From contig NC_042998.1 of NCBI RefSeq assembly GCF_006345805.1, forward strand, positions 99,200,001 to 99,264,000: 64,000 nt of DNA, read 5' to 3'. Of the stretch, positions 13,252-25,866 are shown piece by piece. Source of the DNA: Octopus sinensis (taxonomy: Eukaryota). A model generated the notes under the pieces. That model was not told where the DNA came from. It saw nothing but the letters and a program-made list of their open reading frames with translations, and did no database searches. Every line of letters begins with the position of its first letter. The stretch's first letter is position 1. The position numbers and the translations under genes were made by a program.

Positions 13252-14904
13252 GTATCTGGCACCATATAAAATGAATCCAGTACACTCTGTAAAATGGTGG
13301 GTGTTAGGAAAGATATCCAATTGCCGAAACCATACCAAAACAGACAGTGAAGATTGATATGGCTCTTGGCCTTGCCAGATTGTGTCAAACTGTCCAATTT
13401 ATAGCAACATAGAAAATGGATATTAAAGGATGATGTTGATGGTGGTGGTGGTGGTGGTGGTGGTGACGAAATTAACTAGAACATAAAAGAACAAGAAAAA
13501 GCAACACTTGTCATTTTCTCTGATTCTCTAAGGATGCATCCACTCCTCTGCACTCATGGTTATCATCATCATCATTGTTTTAATGTCTCCTTTTCTGTGC
13601 TTGTATGAATTGGACAGAGGTTATTGAGGCAAATTTTCTATGGCTGGATGCCCTTCTTCTTATTGTCAACCCTCACTTGTTTTCAAACAAGGTAACATTT
13701 TCCCCATAGCCTAACATATTTTTCAGAATATTTGAAATAAATAAAAATGTTGATGATGATGAGGAGGAGGAGGAGGGGGATGAATGACGTTCATTTACAA
13801 CAACCATGCAATGTCAAGACAAGGAGACCTTAATATATACACACTCATACATGCATATACATACATATACATGCATTCATACATACACAGGCATGTGCAC
13901 ACATGTACGTGTTTGTGTGTGTGATGGGCTTCTTTCAATTTCCATCTACCAAATTCACTCATTATCATCATCATCATTATCATCCAGTGTTTTAAGTTCA
14001 GGTTTTGTCCCCATTAGCGGGGGTGGCTGGATTTACCTCAATGCTACAGCAACCAAGGAAGGCAAGTGCAGCCCACCCCAACTTTTGGGCTGGCTGTTGC
14101 CCATTCTTCTCTGCTAATATGAGGCTTTTCTGAAGCTGGATTTTCTATGAGGAGCATACCCTTGTTTACCCCCAACCTCAGTTTCTAGACATGAGTGGTT
14201 GAAGACCAAGGCTTCTACCATGATTTTTAAGAAATGTGGTGGAAAACTAGCTCAGGAAGGCAGGGATGCTACTCCCTGAAACCCCTTTCAGGGCCCTCCT
14301 ATCTACAGTTCACTCAGAAGGCTTGTATAAAAATGAGAAAAATGCCAATGTTAAGAAGCAATCTTACTATTTTACCAAGCCTAGAAAAAATGAAAAACAA
14401 GGTTGACTTAAGAGGAATTTGAACTAAGTATAGAAATGGAATGAACATCACAAAGTATTTTCTCCAATGCTCAAAGAATTCTTTTAATTATATTTACGGC
14501 TATGTGCCAATGAAAGGACTGCTATGCAGACACTTGACCTGCTAGAAATAACAATCAAATCTTCTTCAAATTGCAATATATCATTTTTTTGTTTTTGGAT
14601 GATACCACCCATGCTAGCATGGAAGGTGGACATTAAATGATGATGATGATGATAGAATATAATTTGATGAAGGTTTAAGTGATATTTTTTGCATGCTAAG
14701 CAGCAATGTATAGCCTTTCATATCGATCCAAATAATGAATATATACCATCGAGCTTAACAAATTAGTATTCATTTCATTGTTTTTTGTAAGCACCAAGAA
14801 CTGTATGTGTGCCATACTTCCTTATATTACCAATGATGACAAAAGTATATTTTCAAAGTTACCCATCGTATGACAAGTAACACACTGTGTGTGTGTGTGT
14901 GTGT

Positions 14905-15187
14905 GGAGGTGCATGTCCTTGTGGTTAGGGTGTTGCACTCATGATTGCAAGATCATGGTTTTGATTCCCAGACTGGCAGTGCACTATGTTCTTGAGCAAA
15001 ACACTTCATTCCACGTTGCCCCAGTTCACTCATCTGTGAATGGGTAACCCTGTGACAGACTGATGTTCCATTCAGGAGGAATGTTGGCCAGCAAAGTGAT
15101 ATCATTTGAAAGCTATAAGAGTGTGAGGAAGGGAATTGTGACCAGTGGTGTATAACAACATTCAGTGGGCTGATCAATAGTGACATA
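14905..15187 (+). mobile_element. tRNA-derived SINE inserted in (TG)n
   Basis: GTGGTTAGGGTG A-box, TTTGATTCC B-box, CTTGAGCAAAACACTT core. Tail shared with the SINE at 44525. Confidence 0.75.
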
Positions 15188-15825
15188 TATATTACATGTA
15201 TATTTTTATTAATATTTAGCAGAAGCAACAGAGTGGCTCTAGGGGTGTTGTTGTTATTTAGCTCCAGGTCAGCCTTGATTGAATAAACTTAGAATTAAAG
15301 GCATTTGAGCTTTGACTATCCCACCATTTGTATTTTTTAGGCATTGTGTATCTAGGATTGCAATATCATAAGTGCTCTTTTTTAAAGATGGTAATGTGTG
15401 ATGCGTGGAAAAATTCACTAATATTTTTTGCATGTAAGCTGAATACAAGACTTTCCCTTTGGTTTATTTTATGCGGTGTATGTAATAGGTATATCACAAT
15501 TGAATATGCTCAAGCAGACACTGTCCTCCATGTTATCAACTCAGGAGTGTGCCAGGGCTTAGTTATTTGCCTCTATAGGTTTTATTGCTATTTATTATCT
15601 TGAACCACATTCTCTTTTGCACTTCACACTTCAATTTTCAGGATCAAACCTTTCCAACTCGCTACATCAAAACATCGACCTTTTGGCCCATGGGCACCTA
15701 TAGCAGATATCTGAGCTGTGTCTTCAGTATGTAGATAACTTCCTCCCTTCTTCCTACCTGTCTTAGAAGACCTGTAAAAATGTCATGCATGACTAATCCA
15801 TGACTTATCCATCTTCATCATCATC

Positions 15826-16598
15826 ATTTAACATCCATTTTCCATGCTGGCATGGGTTGGACAATTTGATAGGAGCTGGCCAGCTGGAGAACTGTCCAGA
15901 CTCCAATTGTCTGTTGTGGCATGGTTTCTACAGCTGGATGCCCTTCCTAATGCCAACAACTTTACAGAGTGTGTTAGGTGCTTTTTACATGCCACCAGCA
16001 CAAGTGTGTTCATGCAACACTGGCACAAGTGCATTTTATGTGGTATCAGCACCTATAAAGGTCAAGCTTATATGTATAGATGACAGCAATTTTACTTAGC
16101 TTAACATGTCTTCTCAAGTACAGCAAATCACCTCAACTCCCGGTCCTTTGTCATTTCCTCTGTGTGGCCCAGGATCCAAAGATCCCTTATCACTTTGTCC
16201 CACATCTTAGGTTTATTCCTTCCACAGGTTCCCTCCACAATTAGAGATCAGCACTTTTTTTATACAGCTGTCCTCATCTATACACATCACATGACCAAAC
16301 CAGTGCAGTCTTCTCTCTTGCACACAACATCTGATGCCTCTTGTACTCTGTTTTCCTCTTATACCATTCACACTCTGTCATGCATGCACACTGACATTAC
16401 CCATCCAGCAGAGCATCCTAGCTTCATTTCTTTCAAGCCTTCACAAGTCCTCTGTAGTCAAGGTCCATGTTTCACTGCCATGTAGCATTCACTTTGAGGG
16501 AGAGGCCCTTAGTTACCAACAAAAGTAGAAGCTCTCTGAACTTTGCTCAGCCCCTTCTTATAGTAGCAACTACACCTTCAGAACTTTTTCCTCCACTG
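15826..16598 (-). mobile_element. Degraded RTE LINE 3' end
   Basis: (CAT)n tail followed by TTTAACATCCATTTTCCATGCTGGCATGGGTTGGAC. Body is homologous to 22981-24000. Confidence 0.8.
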
Positions 16599-17894
16599 AA
16601 GAAAATTATTCCAGTATTTCTTATAAAGCATCTAAACATGCATGTTGCAATGGTGAGAGTGGCTTCACCCTTACTGTACAGGATCTGAATATACTCGATT
16701 CTGTGCATGTACACTTTAGACACTGGAAAAGAGTTAATTCGTTTTTGATAGAGATGTACTTACTGGAATTCTCTCCATTTCATATGACATAGAATGCACA
16801 TTATTTTTATTGGCCATTAGAAAGAAGCTGCAAGAACTGATTTTTATACGATTAGCATATTACATCACCAGTAGAAATTTAATCAGTGCAGTGAGGGTTA
16901 ATAACAAAGACTTTTTCAATAGCAGTAAAATACAGATAAAAAATATCTGAAGAAATCACATCTACTATATTTCATTCACTTTTCTTAAACAGCACTCAAT
17001 TATAAACAACAAATTTCCTACCAACGTTTGGTTTTTCAATTTGTTCTATTTCTTCTCTGACAATTTTCTCAATAGTCTCACAAAGGCTGAACTTTCTCTT
17101 CAGGATGATTCAAGCTTAAACAGATGGTCAACTTTAATACAGCACAGTTACACACACTACAACCAGTATACTGTTCGTCTGTCTAATACAGTGCACCCAC
17201 TGAACTCACACATACATTATAGGCAACATTCAGGAAAAGGCTGCACCTCTAACAGTCAGGCCCACATTTGTCAACACTGACAAAGCAATGGCCCATAATA
17301 TATTTCTTGCTCCACTCTGCATCTTTCACCAACTATTATCATGACTCTTGTATCTCTGAAATTGCTGACTCTCCTCCAACTGAAGGAACCTTTTCATAGT
17401 TGCCTGATGTACTAGATATAGGCAGTAAGTCTACTTCAAATCAAGTGTTACTCTCTTAAAAAAAGAAGGACATTAGATAATGTTCTAATTAGTCCAAAAC
17501 AGTTAAGTTGGTCATAACTGGAGTGATTTTGGTTGTAAGTTTATTTAGTCAAGGCTGAAGCAACAATCCATATTGTGTATCACACTCCAGATTCAATCAC
17601 CCTCATCAATATCATCATCATTATTTAAAATTCTGGACCAAGGTCCACATCATGCTCCAGTGTTTATTTGGGATGGCTTCTATGGCTTGATACCTTTTCT
17701 ACTGCAAACCACTTCAGAGCATGTGTTGAGTCCCTTTTTTGCATGCCACTTCCACTAGTGAGGTTACCATGCAGCTTGCAAGACTATGAATGCTAGGAAA
17801 TTAAGAGGTAGAGAGGGATACCGTATGAGAGAAAGGACTAGTGCAGAACCGACTTCTTGCTGTAAGAGGAGCAATATTATTAGTCATATTTTAG

Positions 17895-18051
17895 GTTCAG
17901 GAGTGGTTGTGTGGTAAGTAGCTTGCTTACCAACCACATAATTCCGGGTTCAGTCCCACTGCGTGGCACCTTGGGCAAGTGTCTTCTACTATAGCCTTAA
18001 GCCAACCAAAGCCTTGGGAGTGGATTTGGTAGATGGAAACTGGAAGAAGCT

Positions 18052-18088
<37 letters not shown>

Positions 18089-18454
18089 TTTATATTAAGG
18101 GCATTACTTTACATAAATGCCTCATGCTATGAGGGGCTCTTAAAGTCAAAACTACCATAATAAACACATTTTACCGAACACGAGGGAATGCAATTCTCAA
18201 AGCGAGCATCTTAAAAAATTGTATATATATATATATATATATATATGCTTATGTGTCAGTATTGTCCCCCCACCACCATTGCTTGACAACCAATGTTGAT
18301 GTGTTTATGTCCCTGTAACTTAGCAGTTCAGCTGAAGAGACTGATAAAATATGTACTAGGCTTACAAGGATTAAGTCCTGGGGTCGATTTGTTCAACTAA
18401 AGGTGGTGCTCCAGCATGGCCACAGTCAAATGACTGAAACAAGTAAAAGAGTAA
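17895..18454 (+). mobile_element. Family A SINE with ~140-bp insert in its central (TA)n
   Basis: Head and tail match 12788-13251. Extra sequence 18084-18222 is flanked by (TA)n. Confidence 0.85.
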
Positions 18455-20218
18455 AGGGAATGTTTGGGGGTGGCGGGGGTTTTGGAAAGTGATATATGTG
18501 GTATTGTGGTGTCAGAGTGGACCTTCATGGTCTAAGGTGGGTAGGAATGGACAGGGCAGAACAGGGCTGCCAAGAATGAGTGGTGCGGAGTAGGAGATGT
18601 CTGATAGTATGGGAGGTGTGCAGCTTACTCCACTCTAACTCCAGAACTATGCTCTTCTCACTGCTTTTATTTAGCTTCTAATTGCTAATCCCTTACAATT
18701 CTAACAGAATATTAACCATGTGGATCTTCACAAAAATTAATCCTGCAGTCCAAAAGAACTTAGAAAAGCCACAGATAATCATTCGATTTATAGGTTTTTA
18801 AAATAAAGAAAAGCATAAGAACATCTGGCTTTTTAAATATGCTAGGTGTCACAAACAAGGTTGACTTAAAGCTGAGTGGGGTGAGCAAAGAAAGATGTTG
18901 TTTTACAGACCATTCTAAGCCATGTCAGCATGAAATAACTTCATGTTGAAGTAATTATGATAATGATGATGATATTGGTAGTGGTGGTGGTGGTGGTGGT
19001 GATGATGATGATGATGATGATGATGATTACCTATATATTTGTACAGTGTGTGAGTGAGTGGGTAAATATTTGTATGAGCAGTTATCTGTTGCGAGGGACA
19101 TGTTAAAGACTAAGGTGCTGCTTGGTGTCAGGAGACCCACCCCTACTCCTATCACCACTTCCCCCTAAGCCCGGCAATAGCAGCAGCAAGAAAATAGCCT
19201 TTTGGTTGATGCGTATGTATATATGCATGTGTATATGTATATATATGTGTGTGTGTGTGCATTCGTGCGTTTGTGTGTGTGTGTACAGAAACTTCACACT
19301 GTGTTGTCAGTCAACAATGAGTTCTCTAGAGGTGCAGTATGGAATGTCTGAGAGTGACTGGTAACAGAATTTTAGGTGCACCAGGTGCACTGCGGTAAAC
19401 GACAGCATGAGAAAATATGAATGAAAGACTTTGAACTGTATTGATATTGCGCTATAAGTCATACAAACAAGTTCTCTCACCTAAATGACAAGTAGTAGTA
19501 ATAGTAGTAGTAGTAGTAGTGGTAGTGGTAGTAGTAGTAGTAGTAGTTTCTGTTGTTATTGTTATTGCTGTTACTGTTACTATTGTTTTCTAGTCCAAAG
19601 TCAACTTTGATTGGGGTAGACCTATGATCAAAGGCCTTCTAATTGTGACCATCCCATCTTTTATTTAAACATAAATGTCCCTAAGATAACATTGTCTAAT
19701 GTATCCTTTTATTATTTTGTGGGGTAGGGGGCAGTGATTTTGAGGAAGGTTTAGCTATTGCTATTATTTCTATAGATTAGACTACTGTGTAGAGATTTGT
19801 GTTGATGTTTTAGTTCATTGAACTCTGCATTGATAGACTTACATCATGGTGCTTATTAACCCTTTAGCATTCAGATTACTCTGTCAAATATAATATTTAT
19901 TCAAATTGTTTTGAATTAATCATGCATTATCTTGTAGCCTCGTAGCTTTGAGATTTCAGTGATATAACCGTATATATTTAACTCTGATATTTTAGGGTAT
20001 GTGTGAGAGTCAGGATCTGGCTGGTTTAACTCATAAAGCAATGGTATTTGCTCTTACATAGCATGGACTGCTGAGCACATTTTATGAAAATGAGACTACC
20101 ATCCACACATAAAAAAAAAAAATAGTTAAAATATCTTCTTAGTATATAATGGTGGTGAGTTTTACATCATCTGAAAAGTCATTAGTTGAACTATTAGTCC
20201 TCTTGCATTTTAGGGAGT

Positions 20219-20490
20219 TCCTTCTCGAGCCATACCTGGCTCATAAGGGCCGGTTTCTCGGTTTCTTGGCGTATAGGTTCCCCACCCGGATGGGACGCCG
20301 GTCCGTCACAGGTGAGCTGCAAGATGCAGGAGGAAAGAGTGAGAGAAAGTTGTGGCGAAAGAGTCAGCAGAAGTTCGCCATTACTTTCTGCCGGAGCCGC
20401 GTGGAGCTTAGGTGTTTTCGCTCATAAACACACACATCGCCTGGTCTGAGATTCAAACCTGCGAGTCCGCTGCTCTAACCACTAGGCCAT
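20219..20490 (-). mobile_element. Young tRNA-derived SINE with target-site duplication
   Basis: Minus-strand A box TGGCCTAGTGGTTAGAG, CpGs retained, flanked by CATTTTAGGGAGT at 20206-20218 and 20488-20500. Confidence 0.88.
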
Positions 20491-20769
20491 TTTAGGGAGT
20501 ATCAGAGCATCTGAGTGACATTAGACCGCAACAAACGCCTATAATTTAAATGCATCTATCTGGGCCACAATCATGGCCTGTTGTGCCTTGTGTTAAACAT
20601 AGAACAGGTAGAATATCTGGGACTGATATGGCCTATTTAAATGCTAAAGGACTAAGCAAATGAAGCATTAGTGATATTTTATATTGTATTAGGATGGTGG
20701 GTATGGTTAGTGATGGCATAGGGACTAGGATTTGAAAGGAGTGGAAGAAATTTAGGGAATTGCTATCTT

Positions 20770-21016
20770 TTATTTTGTACTTGCTTCAGTCATTGGTCTG
20801 TGGCCATGCTAGGGCTCTGCCTCAAAGAGTTTAGTTGAACAAATCAACCTCTGTGTTTATTTTCTCTTTTTTTTATTTGTTTTTTTTTAAGCCCAGTACT
20901 TATCCTGCTGGTCTCTTTTGCTGAAGTGCTAAGTTACAGGAATGTAAACAAACCAACACGGATTGTCAAGCAGTAATGGGGGACAAACACAAAGCTGCAC
21001 ACACACACACACACAC

Positions 21017-21047
<31 letters not shown>

Positions 21048-21225
21048 TCTCTCTCTCTCTCTCTCTCTCTTCCTCACACACACACATACAACGGAATTTC
21101 TTTCAGTTTCCATCAACCAAACTCGCATGTCTCTGGTTGGCCCAGTACTATAGAAGAAAACATTTGCCCCTGATGCTATGCAGTGGGACTGAATCTAAAA
21201 CCAATTGGCTGGGATGCAAGCTTCC
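20770..21225 (-). mobile_element. Family A SINE (degraded)
   Basis: Reverse-complement similarity to 12788-13251 with a central (CA)/(CT) tract. Confidence 0.75.
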
Positions 21226-21759
21226 TTATATATGTAAAATTCTTAATCTTTTTATGAAGATTCTTTTGTCCCAAGACCCCCACCCCCACCCATAAACCAT
21301 CTTCTTTTTGATATGATATGCAATTAGCTGTTGTTATGAAGGAAGATTTAAAATTATTCAGAAAAGGAGGGGCAAGGCTCATAACCTTTTGCAGACTCAC
21401 CCTGGACTCATGAAATTTATATGATTAATGATCAGTTTGAACATATGTAGGCCAATGTTTTCAGGAAAAAACATGATGGAGGAGGGGAAACACAGGGTGG
21501 GGGAGGGTAACATAGGGTGGGTGATGTTCTGAAAAAGAAGGATTGATAATAGTGTTTAGTGTGGGGGAGGGTTGTAATGAGGGTGAAACACAGTAGGACT
21601 GACTAAAGGAGGAGAGACTGGTGTATTGGTATGGCAGTGTGGTACATCAGTGTTAACTTAGTAAATGAACAAAGAAAATGACTGGCTATCAAAACCTTTG
21701 ACCTTATTTGCAGGATAGTCATGAAATGTGAATGACTGATACAACATGCTTGGATATTG

Positions 21760-22050
21760 TGAAGGCATATGACTCAGTGGTTAGAGCGTCATGCTCACAA
21801 TCATGAAGCAGTAAGTTCGATTCCTGGACCTGACTGTGTGTTGTGTTCTTGAGCAAGACACTTTACTTTATGTTGCTCCAGTTCATTCAGCTGTAGAAAT
21901 AAGTTGCAACATCACTGGTGTCAATCTATATCGGGCTTTGTCTTTCCCTTCAACAACATCAGTGGCAACTACTGGTCTTCCATAAACAACCTTGCCTGGA
22001 CTCGTGCCTCGGAGGGTAACTTTCTTGGTGCAATCTCATGGTCTTTACTC
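21760..22050 (+). mobile_element. tRNA-derived SINE
   Basis: TGACTCAGTGGTTAGAGCG A box, GTTCGATTCC B box, CTTGAGCAAGACACTT core. Confidence 0.8.
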
Positions 22051-22504
22051 TTATGCTTGGATACTAGATGAGAATAGATGGCACATGTTAACACATTGAA
22101 TGGGATTGGCCAGTTCATGCTAGGATATTTAAGGGAATAGGGAATGCTAGAACATTAAATATAAAAGGATCAAATATGTGAAGTGAAACAGAAATTTGGT
22201 AATTTTTTTCAAATTCAGTGTTCAGAAGTAGTGAAGGAACGCAAGATAAAAATTTAAGATATGTGCAGAAATAATGTATTTCTAGAGCCATTTAACTTAT
22301 TGTTCCATTAGATGGGGAAAATATATTAAAGTAATGACGAGGATTCTGTATTGATATCTAACAAGGGGTGCATTATTATGTTCCCTGAATCCCATGAAAG
22401 AATTTTTATAAATAAGGAATAAACTTTAACTGTTCTTCACAAATATATGTACATACATACATATGTGTGTTTTGTATATGGGAATGTGTGTGTATATTCT
22501 TTTA

Positions 22505-22717
22505 TTCTTTTACTTTATTCTGTCATTAGACTATGACCATGATGGGGCACCACCTTAAATTTTTAGTAAATTGAATCAACCCCAGCATTTATCTTTTTAA
22601 GCCTGGTATTTATTTTATCAGTCTCTTTTGTCAAACCACTAAGTTATAGGAACACCAACACCGGGTGTCAAGTTGTGGTGGGAAGATAAACAGACAACAG
22701 AAAGACACACGCGCGCG

Positions 22718-22757
<40 letters not shown>

Positions 22758-22925
22758 CATACAAAAGGCTTCTTTCAGTTTCCATCTACCAAATCCACTC
22801 ACAAGGCTTTGGTTAGCCTGAGGCTATAGTAGGAGACACTTGCCCAAGGTGTTATGCAGTAGGACTGAACCTGAAACCATGTGATTGGAAAGCAAGCTTC
22901 TTAACACAGAGCCACATCTGCACCT
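22505..22925 (-). mobile_element. Family A SINE
   Basis: Reverse-complement match to family A head and tail. Confidence 0.85.
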
Positions 22926-22931
22926 ATATAT

Positions 22932-22963
<32 letters not shown>

Positions 22964-22980
22964 TTATATGCATGTGTCGT

Positions 22981-24729
22981 CATCATCATCATCATCATCA
23001 TTGTTTAACGTCCGTTTTCTATGCTGGCATGGGTTGGACGGTTCAACTGGGGTCTGAGAAGCCAGGAGGCTGCACCAGGCCCCAATCTGATCTGGCAGTG
23101 TTTCTACAGCTGGGTGCCCTTCCCAATACCAACCACTCCGTGAGTGTAGTGGGTGCTTTTTACGTGTCACTGGCACAGGGGACAGAGGAGCTAGTATCAA
23201 CCATGATCAGATGGTGCATTTTACATGCCACTGGCACAGAAGCCAGTCAAAGTAGCACTGGCATTGGCCACATTTGGATGGTACTTTTTACATGCTACCG
23301 GCATGGGGGTCACAACTACAATTTCCATTTGATTTCATTTTGATATTGATGTTGATGTTGATGTACTTGACTCAATAGGTCTCCTCAAGCACGGCATGTC
23401 ACCCTACGATCCAAGGTACTTTTGAGTGGGCTGGTTATATGACACTGGTGTAGGTTACAGCTGCAAACTCACTTTGTTTGCCGGGTCTTCTCAATCACAG
23501 CATAACTCCAGAGGTCTCGGTCTTTTGTCATTGCCTTTGTGAGGTCCAACGTTTGAAGGTCATGCTTCACCACCTCATCCCATGTCTTCCGGGGTCTCCC
23601 TCTACCTCAGATTCCTTCCAATTGTTTGGGAGTGGCACTTCTTCACACATTTCTCCTCGTCCATCCACAGTACATGATCATACCAACTTAAACATCTCTC
23701 TTGCATGCTACATCCGATGCTTCTTATGCTTAACATTTCTCTCAGGGTGCTTACACTCTGTTGTGTGTGCACACTGATGTTACACATAGAGTGGATCATG
23801 CTAACTTCATTTCTTTCAAGCTTACAGCAGTCACAGCCTATGTTTCACTGCCGTGAAGCATGGCATTTTGCACACATGCATCATACAATCTACCTTTCAC
23901 TTTGAGTGAGAGACCCTTTGTCACCAGTAGGAGTAGAAGCTTTCTAAACTTTGCCCAGGCTATTCTTATTCTAGTGGTGACACTCTCTGAGCATCCACCT
24001 CCACTACTAACTTGGTCACCTAGGTAGCAAAAACTATCAACTACTTCTAGTTTCTCCCCCTGGCATGTGGTGGAGTCTGTTTTCTGAGCATCTGTTGTGT
24101 TTATTGCCCCTGTTTATCTGCTGCACGCAAAAGCTATCTTCCTGGTTAATCTTCCTTTGATGTTGCTGCACCTCTTATGTGTCCATAGCTTACACTGGGT
24201 TCATCGTATGGAGTTTCTACCTACACCTTTGCAACAGATTGAGCAGGGCCACCTACCTGAAGGGGTATGTGATGTATTTGCCTTCCTACTTACTAGAACT
24301 TTGGTCTTTAAAATCTTGACTCTAAGGCCCTTCAATTCTAAACCTTGCTTCCACACTTGAAGTTTCTTCTCTAGTTCTGGTAGTAGTTCTGCTATGAGGG
24401 CCAGGTCATCAGCATAAAGGGGCTCCCAGGGGCAACCTGTCTTGAATTCCTCTGTTATTGCCTGGAGGACTATGATGTATAAGAGGGGGCTGAGGGCTGA
24501 TCCTTGGTGGACCCCAACGTCTACCCAGAATTCTTCACTATAACTCATTTCCAATCCTAAACCTACTAACGGCATCTCTGTATAGGGCTTGTACAGCTCT
24601 TATTAACTATTTGTCAATCCCCAGTTTCTGCATTGCCCACCAGATAAGGGATTGGGGTACCCTATCAAAGGTTTTCTCTAAGTTCACAAAAGCCAAATAT
24701 AGGGGTTTATCTTTGACTAGGTATTTCTC
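22981..24729 (-). mobile_element. 5'-truncated RTE-clade LINE (RT core to (GAT)n tail), inactivated
   Basis: Minus strand reads EKYLVKDKPLYLAFVNLEKTFDR, GVHQGSALSPLLY, LYADDLALI, a Cys/His-rich insert and the ORF end ..AVIEKTRQTK* (~23470). Then 3' UTR and (GAT)n tail. Frameshifts and stops present. Confidence 0.93.
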
Positions 24730-24879
24730 ATATATATATATGCAGTAGTTTAGTTAGAGTGTGTGCCACCTGGGGTGGCCCTTCTGTTTGTTGCCCCCAG
24801 ACCTCACAAAAAACCACATATTGCCTACAGCAGACCCAAAAGTACCCCAGCTACACTAATGTATATAATAAATATGAAA

Positions 24880-24953
<74 letters not shown>

Positions 24954-25242
24954 ATATACATATACATATATAGGTAGCATGTAAAAAATACCCTCTTGGA
25001 GTGGTTGGCATTAGGAAGAGCATCCAGCTATAGAAACCTTGCCAGATCAGATTGGAACCTGGTGCAACCCTTGCTAGCATGGAAAACGGACGTTAAATGA
25101 TGATGATGATATGTGTGTGTGTGTATATTATATATGTAAATTGATTTTACTTAGGCATAGTGATACTAAAAAGCAGCTGTTATAAAAATTCAGTATATAT
25201 ATGTCTTAGAGTAAAGCTTTAGATGTGTACAGTGTGTAATGT

Positions 25243-25509
25243 TAATTAATAAATGACAAGAGAACAGGAGTTAAAGTAATCATCTTCATTAGCTTACAGC
25301 TATTTCTGCTATTAGAAACAAAACACTCAGAGCTAAATGCTTGTAAAACATTCTATAACTTCCTCAGAGCCGTTAAATGAAGTATATGTTTATTTCAAGA
25401 AGCATTTAAATTCACAAGCATTCAGCTCTGAGTGACTACTTCTAATGGCAGAAACAGTTGTAGGCTAATGAAGTTGATCCCATTCTTTTCCTTTGTCTTT
25501 TATTAATTA
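25243..25509. mobile_element. Foldback element with minimal hammerhead-like core (probable Penelope-like remnant)
   Basis: ~100-bp imperfect inverted arms. Minus strand reads GCT-CTGAGGA (25370-25361) ... GAAATAGCTGTA-AGC (25306-25292). Confidence 0.6.
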
Positions 25510-25515
25510 GTATAT

Positions 25516-25866
25516 AAACAATTGCAGCGTGGAAGGTGTTTATAAGCCATTTAAGAAACACACAAAACCGTTAGATTCTCTTCAACATTTAAATTTAATT
25601 TGTCAAAATATTTTCGTCACTTTGAGACTGTGACCTGTTCACTGACAAAGTTTCGAGATGCAGCAGGAAGCTTTGTCAGTGAACAAGTCACGGTTTCAAA
25701 GTGACGAAAATATTTTGACAAATTAAATTTAAATGTTGAAGAGAATCTAACGGTTTTGTGTATTTCTTAAATGGCTTATACACACCTTCCACGCTGCAAT
25801 TGTTTTCGTTCCAGCACACGATCTCAGATCAAGTCACTCGCTATGCAAGTACATCTCCGTAATTAG
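25516..25866. mobile_element. Near-perfect ~290-bp palindrome with a one-sided 60-bp extension (Penelope-like inverted pseudo-LTR or MITE)
   Basis: 25516-~25650 is the reverse complement of ~25671-25805 with few mismatches. Flanked by TA-rich sequence. Confidence 0.75.
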
